A DNA stretch of 64,000 nucleotides from Eledone cirrhosa. Its lineage: Eukaryota. The notes beneath the pieces were generated by a model. It ran no database searches. It was not told the origin of the DNA and saw only the letters and a program-made list of their open reading frames with translations. The stretch is from positions 4,974 to 68,973 of the forward strand of contig CAXHJY010001674.1 in the NCBI GenBank assembly GCA_964016885.1, in the 5' to 3' direction. This document shows, piece by piece, positions 48,451 through 64,000 of this stretch. Position 1 is the first letter of the stretch. Every line of letters starts with the position of its first letter. The position numbers and the translations under genes are program-made.

Positions 48451-49655
48451 GGTAATTCTCTTTACAGTCTTTCTGAAAGAAATTATATTTAATATTTCTA
48501 TGTCTCTGGTCTTAAATATAATCAACCAGGTCTGATGTGGAGATAAAAACAAAATACTGAATTTAAGTAACCGTTCTAAGGAGGTACAGCTCTAGGCAAT
48601 ATTGTAGTGTACCCAGATGAGATGTCATGATTTTTCCTGTATCCAAAATGTTTTGACTTTGAGAATTCCATGGCATTTGTAGATATATGGTTTTTTTTTT
48701 CTTAGTAATTCGGCAGTCTCATTTAATCACCCACTTTAGCCAGTCAATGACGGTATTTTCTATAATCAATTAAATTCTAAGCATTAAAAGAATAAAAAAG
48801 AATACGTAAACACAGAAAGAATATATTTCTTTATCACATCAGATATCTATTGGTAGAAGCTGCTGGAAAATATTTTGAAATAATCCACCGTACATTATTG
48901 ATCCAAGGTTATCGTTCTTGACTGCCGCAGTCTGACCGATTCGTTGGAATTTCGTTTAGTTAAGAGTCTATTAACTACCGAGATCATTAACAAAGTAGCT
49001 AATTAAATGATAATTTTGATTGCCTTTGCACTTTTGAACTTGCTTTTCCATTATAATACGAAAGAAACGATAAATAAACAGGAAAGCCAAAACGTTGCAA
49101 GCAAAACAAAAAATATCTTGAAATTTATTTTTCATATTAGTTTAAGAATTTTATTGTCCTTGTTTTAAGTTTATTTTTATATGTTCATATGTATAGATGT
49201 GTAATTTTCTCATTTCTCTTTTCTCTCTCACCTGCTTACTGTTCCTCTATGTCGAGCACCCACTCTCTAACGGTTATACAATTTCTGTACCTCTTTTTGC
49301 TTCATCTAATAAACTTAAGATTCGTCTCGTGCTACACAATATTTAACGCTTCACGTTGATCGTTTAAATTAACAAAATTTTTAATGGCAACCTAGAAATA
49401 GCAACTTTACTTGTTTGAGTCAAAGATCATGATTTTTGTGTGTCAAGTTGAGACTGAACATATGTGTGTGTGTTTCTATGTAATCGTGTATGGAGAATTT
49501 TATAGACGAAAACACAGAACGAGTTTAATACAGGAAGTAAGAGTGTAATATCGAGGTAATGGATATAATTAAATACATTTAGATGAGTTAGAGGAATTCA
49601 TTTTGTGTGTCTAGTAGGTACGTCAGATGGGTGTCTATCACACACATACAAATGC

Positions 49656-49690
<35 letters not shown>

Positions 49691-50146
49691 GGAGGCAAGC
49701 TTGTGGGCATTTCGCATGACTAGATATGAGAAGGCGTGTGATAGCATATGAAGTATCTATCTATCCAGCTACCTATCTTGTTATCTTTTATATATACATG
49801 TGTATATATATATATATATATAAGTGAATTGTCAGGGTTGTATGGTTCTATACATGCATATGGATGTATGAATAAATAGTTATAATGAATCTTCCTGTAC
49901 GCATCTGCATACATGTGCATTTTTATACATACTGCATTACGGGTGCGTTAATACAACATTCTGACCATGCATGTCTTCATAATAAATGTATTCTATAAAG
50001 CAGAGTGCTGGTGTATGTGTATGTGCATGCATATGTCGGTGTAAGACATGTGCATGCCTATGTCGGTGTAAGACATGTGTAAGCTTGTATTGAATTTTTA
50101 TTATCTCTATGTTCTTTGATCTATTTCCTTTTAAGTCTGTATTTAC

Positions 50147-50430
50147 CACATAATGTTATTATTACTAGTAGTAGTAGTGTTAATAGTAGTAGAAGTATTG
50201 ATGCTATTGTTATGTTGCTGGTGTTTGTGTAGATGGATGTGGTTGTGGTGGTGATGGTTGTTTTGCTGGTGTTCTTGCTGCTGTTGTTGTTGTATACTTC
50301 TTTTCTTTCTTGCTGTTATAGTACTATTTTTTGCACTGCAGTCCTTATTGCTGTTTATTTCATTTGATATGTGATACGCTTCTTTCTTTTCAACAGCTCT
50401 TTGCCCATTTTCATCCAAAAGAACCATCAT
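50147..50430 (-). CDS. Candidate host exon encoding a low-complexity Q/H/N/T-rich segment with RKKR site
   Basis: 95-codon ORF with mixed-codon Q, H, T, N runs; ends at a possible donor ATGTG|gtaaat. No homology recognised. Confidence 0.4.
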
Positions 50431-51858
50431 TATTAAATTGAAACACCCTATTTCGAGTTGTTTCCATCAGTCTCCACACTCTGTTGCTTTTCATTAGCGA
50501 CTCAGAATCCCCCTTCAGCTTATCGAAGGATAGCTGCTAATTGCAATCAAAGCTATCTATTCCACTAATTACTATTGATCAAATAGAAGAGCAAGACGGG
50601 GATGTGATCAGGGGAAACATTCAAGATAGGAAAAAAATCAAAGATTGACAATTTTCGCTGTTAATGGCAATCAGATATGTTTTGCTTGTTTGTTTGGGTG
50701 TTTATATGATTGTTTAGATTTATTTTTATGTTGTTGTTGTTATTGCTGTTTTCTTTCGGCTTTAGTTGTGTTGTTGATTGGATTTGTATATGATGCGTTG
50801 TGTTTGTATGTTGGTGCTGGTGCTGCTAGTGATGTTTCTGATTTTCGATGCTTATTATTGTTGGCTTTATAATTTCTTCCTTAATTCTATGCCAAACTCA
50901 CTAGTTGTGAAAGTAACACACTCAGCATCTTTTAGCTAGTATTTGCTATTTTTTTAATGTTTGGTTGCGTTTTTAGATTCCTGTTGAGGTTTATGTTCGT
51001 CTTCCCCTATCCTTTTTACTATTTATTTTATTTCGTTTGTTATGCTTGGCTTTTGAGAGATTGTGCACTGCATGGTGTCGTTGAATACTTCATGGCACTA
51101 GCAATGTTGTTAAGAGCTCAATAATGGAGGTGAGAGTGGTAATGATTATAATGATGTTAGTGCTGTAGCTGAGAAGGTTAAGAACAATTCAGCAAAGTCT
51201 ATCACAAAGCAATTACGTTTTTTTACACTATACACTAGTCTACCAACTTCCTAACAAACCACACGACTGTTTTACCATACGCATCGTATTATATATTCCC
51301 ATCTTGTAGTCATGTTTACATGTTATAGATAAGCATACACAATATACAAACTAATCTTGACAGTAGATTTTTATCAAAGACAACTTTATTTTTTTTAATG
51401 GAAGTCGTTTGAAAAGATTAGGGTTGCGTATTTAAAAACACGAAGCACATCAAAACGACATCGAAGATTAATAACAAAAGCAATTATAAACAAGCTAATG
51501 ATAGCAACAACGACATCAACAAAAGAAACAACAATAATAATGATAATAATAATGATAGTAATAACTTAACGGACAACAAAATATTAAAAATGAAAAGCAG
51601 TCTTAATGTGTTTATTTAATTAAGCCATTAATAAAAATCAAAGTATGAGAAGAGGAAGAAAAAAGTGAAATTTTAATTGATATTAAGTTGAAATTATTTG
51701 ATAAACGTAAAATTGCTACATATTAACCCATTTGAAAACCATTAGCAACTATTTGCATCACAAGAATGTTCATCTGTAAAGAGGTTCACCCTCAATTATA
51801 TTCGGTTATCATACGATATTCTAACTACATAGTGTTTACGCTAACAGTTTGTTAACCG

Positions 51859-51928
<70 letters not shown>

Positions 51929-52800
51929 ATATATACACACACACATACAAAGATGCTTGTCGAACAGTAAAATGTTAATTAATTATAAATGATGTTTTTA
52001 TAAAAGCTATAATTTTTTAATGGAGTTATGCATTCTAAGAAAAAATTAATCGATACATAGATCGTTCCCATTCGATTTGTTTCCTTCTACCTAGATTTTA
52101 ATTCGATATTGTAAGAAAGGACAACATTTCGAATCTCATATGTTAAGTATACATCGACTATCTCCCGTATATCATGTGGTAATTCCTTCTCAACAGGAAT
52201 AATTTGAGAGGTATTTGTGATAGAGCACATCGCTCAATTTAACGGTAAATTTTTAGCGCTGTTAACACTATAGAAAACATTCGTACTAGAACACCCTTGA
52301 CATGATAACCTATTTTTCTGTCGTACTACTTCCTCTAGAAACAGTGCAAACGGTAGTGTTGTTTTCTTTAATTCAGCATGTTATTCCAACAAAAGAATAT
52401 GTGTTCTGATTAATTCAGACTACTTAAATGAAATTCGTCATTTTAAAAACAAAATATTCCAAATGGAATTAATTGGGGTGAACCAATGAATAAAAATAAG
52501 CAGATTCGTTTCTCCGATGAAATATTAAAAATTATATTTTCGTTACAAAATATACGAATATTGATGAGTAGAATAATTCTAATTAATTATGGCAGAGATA
52601 CAACTCTGGAATCTGTCTTGGTTTAAATTATTTTCATGCATCTGTTGATATGGTTTTATATCCTCATTTTCATTGTGATAGTCACCCCTCTTCATCTGGT
52701 GTTACTTCCGATCGTGTTGTCTTATATGTTGTGCCTGGTGAATCTTTTGAAAATTATAATCGAATCCATGGTGCCACCATTCACTTAACTATTAAATAAT

Positions 52801-52914
52801 TGTTTCTACTTTTGGCACAAGGCCAGCGATTACCCAGTACATTACTGGTACTTTATTTTATCGACCCCGTCAGGATGAAAGGTAAAGTTGACCCCGGCGG
52901 GATTTGAACTCAGA
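52801..52914 (-). mobile_element. 5'-truncated SINE of the 46639 family with 18-bp TSD
   Basis: Aligns to 46639-46753; TSD acttaactattaaataat at 52783-52800 and 52915-52932. Confidence 0.9.
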
Positions 52915-53450
52915 ACTTAACTATTAAATAATAATACAATCAACGCTATATGGTTTTCTTCCATGTCGGTGTGAGATGCAATTCATACTCAATCAATGAT
53001 TGCGCCTTCTTTAATATTGCAGTTTCAATTTTGAAAATGTTATGGGTATTTCTAAGATTAGCATATCTAACGTGTTTATTCAATTTGTTGCGGTGTGACT
53101 TGAGTGAGGATTCCCTGCTCCTATTTCTAACAGCGATGTTGCTTCGCCTTAGCTGGGTAGGTATTTTAATCAAACAAAACTGTGTGCACACTTATTCTAG
53201 CTGTTAACCCCATCTCTGATATTTACATTCATTATAAAATTATTCACATATCAATCAGAGATGCAATTCCACGCTGAGTATTGAATCATCATAGGAATAA
53301 TTTTGAAATTATGAAAATTATTTAAGCCAATTTAGTCAGGTACAGCCTATTTTCTTTCAATGTATTAACATTTGATTCAGGAAGTATTGTCTTCAATAAA
53401 GGTTAACGAAAATGCATCAATTGTACTCTATTAGCGGTATTATATACTGC

Positions 53451-53602
53451 TAGGGCGGTGGATTGGCAGTACGGTAGAGGGTCGGACGCTATGCTTTGAC
53501 GTTCTGTGTTCAAATCCCGCCGAGGTTAACTTTGCCATTCATCCTTACGGGGTCGATAAAATAAAATACCAGTAATGCACTGGGTAGCCAAAAGTAGAAA
53601 CA
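53451..53602 (+). mobile_element. SINE of the 46639 family with 11-bp TSD
   Basis: agggcggtggattggcag..gttcaaatcccgccgaggttaactttgcc..ggggtcgataaa; TSD attatatactg at 53439-53449 and 53603-53613. Confidence 0.9.
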
Positions 53603-55252
53603 ATTATATACTGTTACCTTTATAGTGAATATACACAGCTAAATGTTCTTTCCACAAAATATATTCCAAGCCAAAACTAATTTCAGTATGTATGATTTTA
53701 TATCTACTCTCTGCTATATACTTACACGTTAAGTAGAAATCTCAAGTAAATTAATGAAAGTCAGCGTCGGGAATAACTAACCAAAATATTCGTTGAGGTC
53801 TAACAATTCAACTTCCTTGAATTCAACAGTAGCTAACTCAAGGGACAAAAACTAGGGCTTCTACTTCTGATGGCAAAACAATATCGGTATGCTATCAAAC
53901 ATTTACATCAGCTATTATAAAGCAATAAGGAGACACATAGGTCATACCAGAGCTTGGTCATACCAGAGCTTATTACAGGAGAGAAATGCCAAACACAGGA
54001 AATAAAAAAAAACAAAATAAACAACATGCGTTATCCGTAACCAAGACGTAATTTCTAATTACGGCGTTATCTATATAAAACGTGTGATATCGTAACATAT
54101 TAATGGAAATATCAATACAGAACCCAATTTTAACATTCACAGCAGGTAAGAATGCTTCTAGGGGTACAATAGCCTCTACAACCTAATTTCTTCAAAAAGA
54201 AAATATACTTTGGATTGCGTAAGTCGGTACGAATTAATGCACGTCTGAAGAACATACGCAATGTTTTTGGTTGACTGTGTTGATCCATATGATTTAGTGA
54301 TAAGGGTTGATTTGTTGTTCAACAAAAAAAAAAACAAGTTTGCTAAATACACACACACTAGCAATTTGCGAACTGTGAAGTATAGTGAGAGTCCGGAATA
54401 ATATACATACTAATAAATATATATATATATATATGTATGTATATATGTATATATGTGTGTGGGGGGTTGGGGGGGTCTGTATGTGTGCGTGTGTGTATGT
54501 GTGTGTGTGTTTCCCCCTCTCTCTGATATATATACACACACACACACATACATACATTTCTGCTTTAACTGAAAGAAACTTTAGTTTTCGAAGCACGTAC
54601 GCAGTCTGAATTAAAGTAAAGTAACGAGCTTTTAGTTAGGAGAGGTGTTACAATATTTAAATATACTTGGCTGAAGGTGGAATAATTGTTTTGTTGAAAT
54701 AATTATAGATTACACAGCGAAATATTCTTCAAACTCTGGTAGGAAGACTACAACTGAACATAGTTTCAAAGAGCTCTTATTAGCTTTGCATATGAAATAA
54801 GTAGAATCTTGTCATCAGAAATGTATTAAGAAAAATAGAATAAATCCACGAAAATACTTATGTCTATCATAAACAAAATGCCGTAGGTTTGGGATGTAGT
54901 GGCACAAGGTATGTAATAGATTCTTATATTGTCAGCCATAGATGAGTTAAATTTATATTTTTGTCTCAAAGACTTTGAAGTCGGATTGGTAAAGGATGTA
55001 AACCATTAGAGAAATATAATTTGTCCGTCTTTGTACCAATGTTACTTTTAACTAGAGAAGGACAGTTTCTATCACAGGAAAAAATATGAGCAAACTGTTG
55101 GGGCGTGTTGGATTCGGTTGTTTTTGAAATCAGTAGGTAAATAGCCAGTAGGCGTAACTACACTATAACGGAGATCACTTGGTGTAGTATATTCTACCAA
55201 TAATATCAGACATACTTTAGTCAAATCGTCACTAATAAAAGAAAGAAAATGA

Positions 55253-55280
55253 AACGGTGACAATTACATACACTCCATCT

Positions 55281-55314
<34 letters not shown>

Positions 55315-55373
55315 AGATGGAGTGTATGTAATTGTCACCGTTAATTGAACTCCTTTAACCATCTTTTGATCTT
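55253..55373. repeat. Perfect 90-bp palindrome (32-bp arms, (TA)n centre) followed by a 27-bp pLTR tail stub
   Basis: 55253-55284 / 55311-55342; gaactcctttaaccatcttttgatctt (55347-55373) equals the reverse complement of 60931-60957. Confidence 0.9.
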
Positions 55374-56652
55374 ATATATATATATATATATATATATATA
55401 CAAAATTGTGATCGATCTCCTGGATCAGTCCTTAGAAGTTTTTTAAAATGTGCAATTCAATATTCCGTATTTTTGCAACTCCCCCCTGTGAAACTTCACT
55501 CGCAAACACCACAACACCATATCTAGCATAAACTTTATCTTCTCGTTCTTTATCCTTTTATTTTCCTTTTTTGCTTCCTCACCATCTACGTCATTTAGTC
55601 ATTGTCATCGTCAACGGTAATATAACCCCCATAAACAACACTATCTTCATCAGTGCTTCTATTGAGATTACTATACTCATCACTAAGTCTAATGTTATAC
55701 CATTCTCATCATCCCATCTATCAATAAAGTAATTACTTAATAACATAAAATACAAATGCGTTACAATCACTATAATAAAGAAAATCATGAAGGTTACATA
55801 CATCACCAATTCTGTCAATCTCTTACATATAACATTAAGAAAAGAATGAAGGATCAAGACATTCAACAGTTGTTTGCATGGCTTGCAACAAATATCTAAT
55901 ATTTCCAAACACACATCTTATCTTCTCTAAAAATGAATTATTGCATGATGTATGTCGGAAACTGTAAATGTGCTTCTATCATATGGAACGCATTTGAACT
56001 TAAATGCACTTATTTAGCTTTAAACAATAATAACAACAACGAATACAATTCGAAGCTTTAGGTTACATTAATTCATAACCTTCATCGATAGTCATACATT
56101 TTACAGATGCTGTATGTACAGTTGTAATACATGCCTCGAAAAGAAGAAAGAATATAACATACTAACACACATACACATACATACACAAGCACAACATTAC
56201 ACACACAGGCACACACGCACGACCGTGGAACCAACCGATACAAAATAAAAACTAGTCTGCAAAAGATAGATTATCGTTTCGAAACGAAATGTCAGCTTAA
56301 TGGAAGGCCTGGAGTGTTGTGTGTAATTTTAACAAGTTTCGATAGTACACAAAGCATGACAAGCAAATAACTTAACAAGGCAAAAGCAACAGATCACTAT
56401 AGGAGCGGCAGAATATTGACGCCAGCCGTGATATTTATTTGTTACTTTTAATTCAATCGCTAATTTCCTAATTGTTTTACCGCAGCCATATATACATATA
56501 TATTAGAATTTGCCAATATCGAAAGTGAATGGCACATTCCATTGACAAGCTAAAACCCATCTGATAAAAGTGCAGCGTGTGATGACGGGACAATAACGAG
56601 CAACATTATTTGCTATTTTCTGTATATTGTACTAGATGTTATATGCAAACGT

Positions 56653-58475
<1,823 letters not shown>

Positions 58476-58476
<1 letters not shown>

Positions 58477-59454
58477 AAATTTTTGCTGATGATTCCAAGC
58501 TCCACAAGGTCATCAATGGCGTGGATGACCGGATAAGCCTTCAGTCAGACCTACTGGCTGTTACCCAGTGGGCAGAAAAGAACAACATGTTACTGAACGA
58601 AGACACATTCGAACTGATCCACTTTGGAAAAGAGGATGCTCTGAAACTCCCGTACTCCCTTCCCTCCGGGGAAACTCTCGTGGCATCTAACAACATCAGA
58701 GACTTGGGAGTAACCGTGGACAGCAACATAAGCTGGACCACGCATATAAGCAGCAAAGTTGACATGGCCCGCAGAATGTGTTCCTGGATCCTCAGAACCT
58801 TCCAGTCGAGAGATTCCCGCACCATTATCCTTCTCTTCTCTACTTTCGCCCGACCACACCTTGAATACTGTTGTCCACTGTGGTTTCCCCACACGAAACA
58901 AAGTATCATGAAACTTGAAGCTCCTCAAAGGGCAATCACGAAAAAGATAGATGGCATGTCAGACCTTGACTACTGGGTCGATTAGAAAACCTGAAACTTT
59001 ACTCACTCCAACGTCGCCGTGAGCGTTATATTATCTGCATGATGTGGAAAATGTTCCATCATCACTGCCCAAATGATGTTGGCATCGCCTTCAAGATACA
59101 CCCAAGGCTTGGGCCCCGTGCTATCCGTCCCATTCAAAAATCTAAATCGCAACTCATAACAACAATACGGCACAATTATTTCACCTCAATCGGCCTGCTC
59201 TCTTCAACATCACACCAGGACACGTCAAAACAGAAACTGACCACACAAAATTCAAGAAGCCTTTGGACAAATTCCTCCAAGTAATCCCGGACAAACCACC
59301 CACACCCGGATATGTCTCCGCAAACAGTAATTCTCTTCTCGAATGGGCCATGGTGCCTAAATCCTGAATTGAAAGACTTCGCCAGGTGGTGCTATTAAGT
59401 TAGACATGGCCTGGGCAAATACTGGCCAAAACATTTCAAAGTTATTCAAAGTTA
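58476..59454 (+). pseudogene. 5'-truncated CR1-group (CR1/L2/Crack-like) LINE: RT from FADD to 3' end, inside (TA)n
   Basis: [15 protein letters not shown]...[54 protein letters not shown]; two frameshifts; (TTCAAAGTTA)2 tail. Confidence 0.92.
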
Positions 59455-60930
<1,476 letters not shown>

Positions 60931-61795
60931 AAGATCAAAAGATGGTTAAAGGAGTTCCATATATTTTATTATGCGCATTTCAAAAACAAACATCATTAAG
61001 CAATAATATTTGTGTTTTCATCAGATAAAACAGGAGAACATGATATGAAGGCTAAAAAAACACTTGTTGATAGTGCAGTTTTAAATCAACATATGAAAAG
61101 TGGTTTTAGATTGATGTGTGATATTGGGAAAAATATTTTATTTAGAGAGGGGGGGGGGAAGGATGAAAAGGGAAGGAGATGAGAGGGAGAGATGGGTGAT
61201 AGAGAGAAAGAGATAGTTTTTATAACTGAGAGGAGATATATTTTTTACATAGAGGGGTTGAAAACCGTTGGAAGATACTGTATAAATTAAAATTTTGAAA
61301 ATTAACGAAGGGAGGATATGTGCGAGGAAAAAATATTTTATTTAGGGAGGGGCGGCTGGAAAGGATGAAAAAAAGGGGGGAGGAGATGACAGTGAAGGTG
61401 GAGAGGGAGAGATGGGTGATAGAGAGAAAGAGATAGTTTTTATAACTGAGAAAAAGATATATTGTTTTAATATAGAGAGGTTGGGAACCGTTGGAAGATA
61501 ATGTATAAATTAAAGGAATTTGAAAATTAACGAAGGGACATTATGTATGAAGATAGAGAGAAAAAATTATAATTGTGGGTGAATATTCTAACGTCAAACG
61601 AAGAAATGTATGTATTGTGGCAATTTCAAAATTAGCGAAGAGAAAAATTAAGGTTTGTGTGTAGAAGGATTTGAGAAAAATAACGTGAAGTTAAAGTTTG
61701 TATATTGAATTGATATGTATTAATAATGAATTCGTTGATGGGAGAAAAAAAAAATAATAATAAATTAAGGATACATATATATATACATATATATG

Positions 61796-61878
<83 letters not shown>

Positions 61879-61882
61879 ATGT

Positions 61883-61948
<66 letters not shown>

Positions 61949-62139
61949 GTATATATATATATATATATACATAAATATGTATATATATATGTATCCTTAA
62001 TTTATTATTATTTTTTTTTTCTCCCCATCAACGAACTCATTATTAATACATATCAATTCAATATACAAACTTTAACTTCACATTATTTTTCTCAAATCCT
62101 TCTACACACAAACCTTAATTTTTCTCTTCGCTAATTTTG
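60931..62139 (-). mobile_element. Non-coding pLTR-type element with hammerhead, ~200-bp internal duplication and 5' fold-back around a (TA)n core
   Basis: Arms 61627-~61775 and ~61990-62139; duplication ~61130-61315 / ~61328-61540; hammerhead near the 3' end. Confidence 0.8.
60964..61030 (-). ncRNA. Minimal type I hammerhead ribozyme with canonical core
   Basis: Minus strand TTTTAT-CTGATGA-AAACACAAATATTATTG ct TAATGATGTTTGTTTTT-GAAA-TGCGCA-TA-ATAAAA; perfect 6-bp stem I and palindromic stem III. Confidence 0.88.
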
Positions 62140-62815
62140 CAGGACCCTGCAAAAAAGATCTGTCCGAGGTGCGTGCGAGACGAAGAAACCGTCGCGCACG
62201 CATTCATACACTGCCCGGGCGTCACTGACCTGTGGGGATATGTAGAACGACTATTGTCGCGGGTGGGACCAATCCAGTTGACCACCGAGTCCATTGTCAT
62301 GATCAAACCGCCACCCTCCTTCAAAAACGAAGGAGAGGCGGTTTTCCTTTGTGTGATAGCTATGGCGAAAGAGGTTGTATGGTGGACAAGGTTGAAAGGG
62401 CTGAGGTCAGACACCTTTCTCTCCGGCCAACAACTGATTCTTTTTTTCAAATACCACTTTGGAAGAAGAATCAGGATGGAGAGAGAGAGGTGCTGTACCC
62501 CAGCAAGTTTTATGAAAGGTGGGTGAAAGTGGCGAGAATGGCCCGAGTGAATGAGCCTTCTCTCTATATCAGCCTGTAGATTGAGGAAAAGGAGGAGGAG
62601 AGGAAAGGAGTACAAGCTCTTCGTACTCCTGGAGATGAGGGTTGCACATTTTTTCGGGGGTATGTGTTACCCATATAAACTGTCTCCCTCTATTGGGGAA
62701 AATCGACTAACTTTTAAATTCCATCTGTGATAACATTTTACACGTTTTTATTGTATGTAAACATCCCCCTTTGTATTTGTCCCCTTCTTTTGTGGCCCTG
62801 TGGCTAATAAAGAAA
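62140..62815 (+). mobile_element. 3' end of Tx1/L1-clade LINE (CCHC zinc knuckle + 3' UTR) ending in (TA)n
   Basis: CPRCVRDEETVAHAFIHCP..LW....; AKEVVWWTR; ends ggctaataaagaaa|tata. Confidence 0.8.
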
Positions 62816-62819
62816 TATA

Positions 62820-62954
<135 letters not shown>

Positions 62955-63251
62955 GATATATATATAGATATATATATATATGTATATAGATATATATATA
63001 GATATAGATATATATATAGATATATATATAGATATATATATAGATATATAGATATATATATAGATATATATTAGATATAGATATATATATAGATATATAT
63101 ATAGATATATATAGATATATATATATATATATAGATATATATATATATATATAGATATATATAGATATATATATATATATATATAGATATAGATATACAG
63201 ATAGATAGATATATATATATATAGAGAGAGAGAGATAGAAATAGATAGATA

Positions 63252-63345
63252 TGTTTCTTTTATTTGCCACTAGGGCATCACAAGTGGGACAAGTACAAAG
63301 GGGGGAGTTTACACAAAAAGGCGTCCTCAATAAGGAGGAGGCAAT
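63252..63345 (-). mobile_element. Diverged 3' stub of a related Tx1/L1-like element, tail-to-tail with 62140-62815 across a TA/TAGA array (62817-63250)
   Basis: Reverse complement tgtaaactcccccctttgtacttgtccc..gccctagtggcaaataaaagaaa aligns with ~62756-62815. Confidence 0.75.
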
Positions 63346-63422
63346 AACAAAATATTAAAATAAGATATATATATACATATATATATATACATATATATAC
63401 ATATATACATATATATATATAC

Positions 63423-63455
<33 letters not shown>

Positions 63456-64000
63456 CATATAGTATTAGTTATACTATTTATGGTTATGTAAACACAAAAC
63501 CTTAAGCAGTTGTAAGTATTTTACACACACCCTAAATAGTGGTAGGCAGTAATGTATTACTACCTTATTACCAGTAAGTTAAGTAGCTCAATGTAAAAAC
63601 ATCAGATGATTTACAGAGCAGTTATATGAAATATAAGAATCAAAGAACTGTTCAAAACATTATTGTGCTTACAGCTGTTTCCTCCAAACCGAGGTTTGGA
63701 TTCTTCGGAGCAATTTATTAATGCATGGACAGTTATATGACCTCCTTTTCAGCCGAGAGACATACCAATACATATTCAAACATTGATACATATTCAAACA
63801 TTGTGGGTCAACATTCATTACAGAATTTAGAGTGGCAGTACACACTTCGAGATTACATTTATATTAATAGGTACAATCAAAAATCAAAGATATAGGTTAA
63901 AGTACAACATGAAGATAAGTGGTTATATAGTGCAAATGTTATATGTGTGGCACGCATGTGCGTCTTGTTTATATAGTGTGGCAGAGAGATATGTGTGGTA

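Noticed and set aside
46720-53530. tRNA genes suggested by GTTCAAATCC B boxes
   Set aside because: No cloverleaf; they are SINE heads with a shared body and TSDs.

Overview
Very AT-rich animal genomic DNA, not prokaryotic. The repeat families resemble those I recall from octopus/cephalopods (inference). Roughly a quarter of the window is compound (TA)n arrays, and the long Y/I-rich ORFs over them are artefacts. No intact gene is visible; there are a few splice-bounded candidate exons on the minus strand. Almost every (TA)n tract hosts retroelement pieces: two Penelope-like element (PLE) ORF remnants, many PLE pseudo-LTR (pLTR) fragments, CR1-group, Tx1/L1-like and RTE 3' ends. A CRE-like element, an RTE remnant and tRNA-SINEs with target-site duplications lie outside the arrays. 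The main signal is a (TA)n-targeted retroelement community. It has at least 4 near-intact minimal hammerhead ribozymes plus decayed or truncated ones from several unrelated families, and 8 fold-back (snap-back) hairpin inserts. Two hairpins of one family turn at almost the same base of a hammerhead core. PLE tails run into a conserved ORF N-terminus (MTLPKYNNI...) and end at an ATAT microhomology with the array, and some arrays are themselves inverted duplications. All alignments and folds were done by eye.
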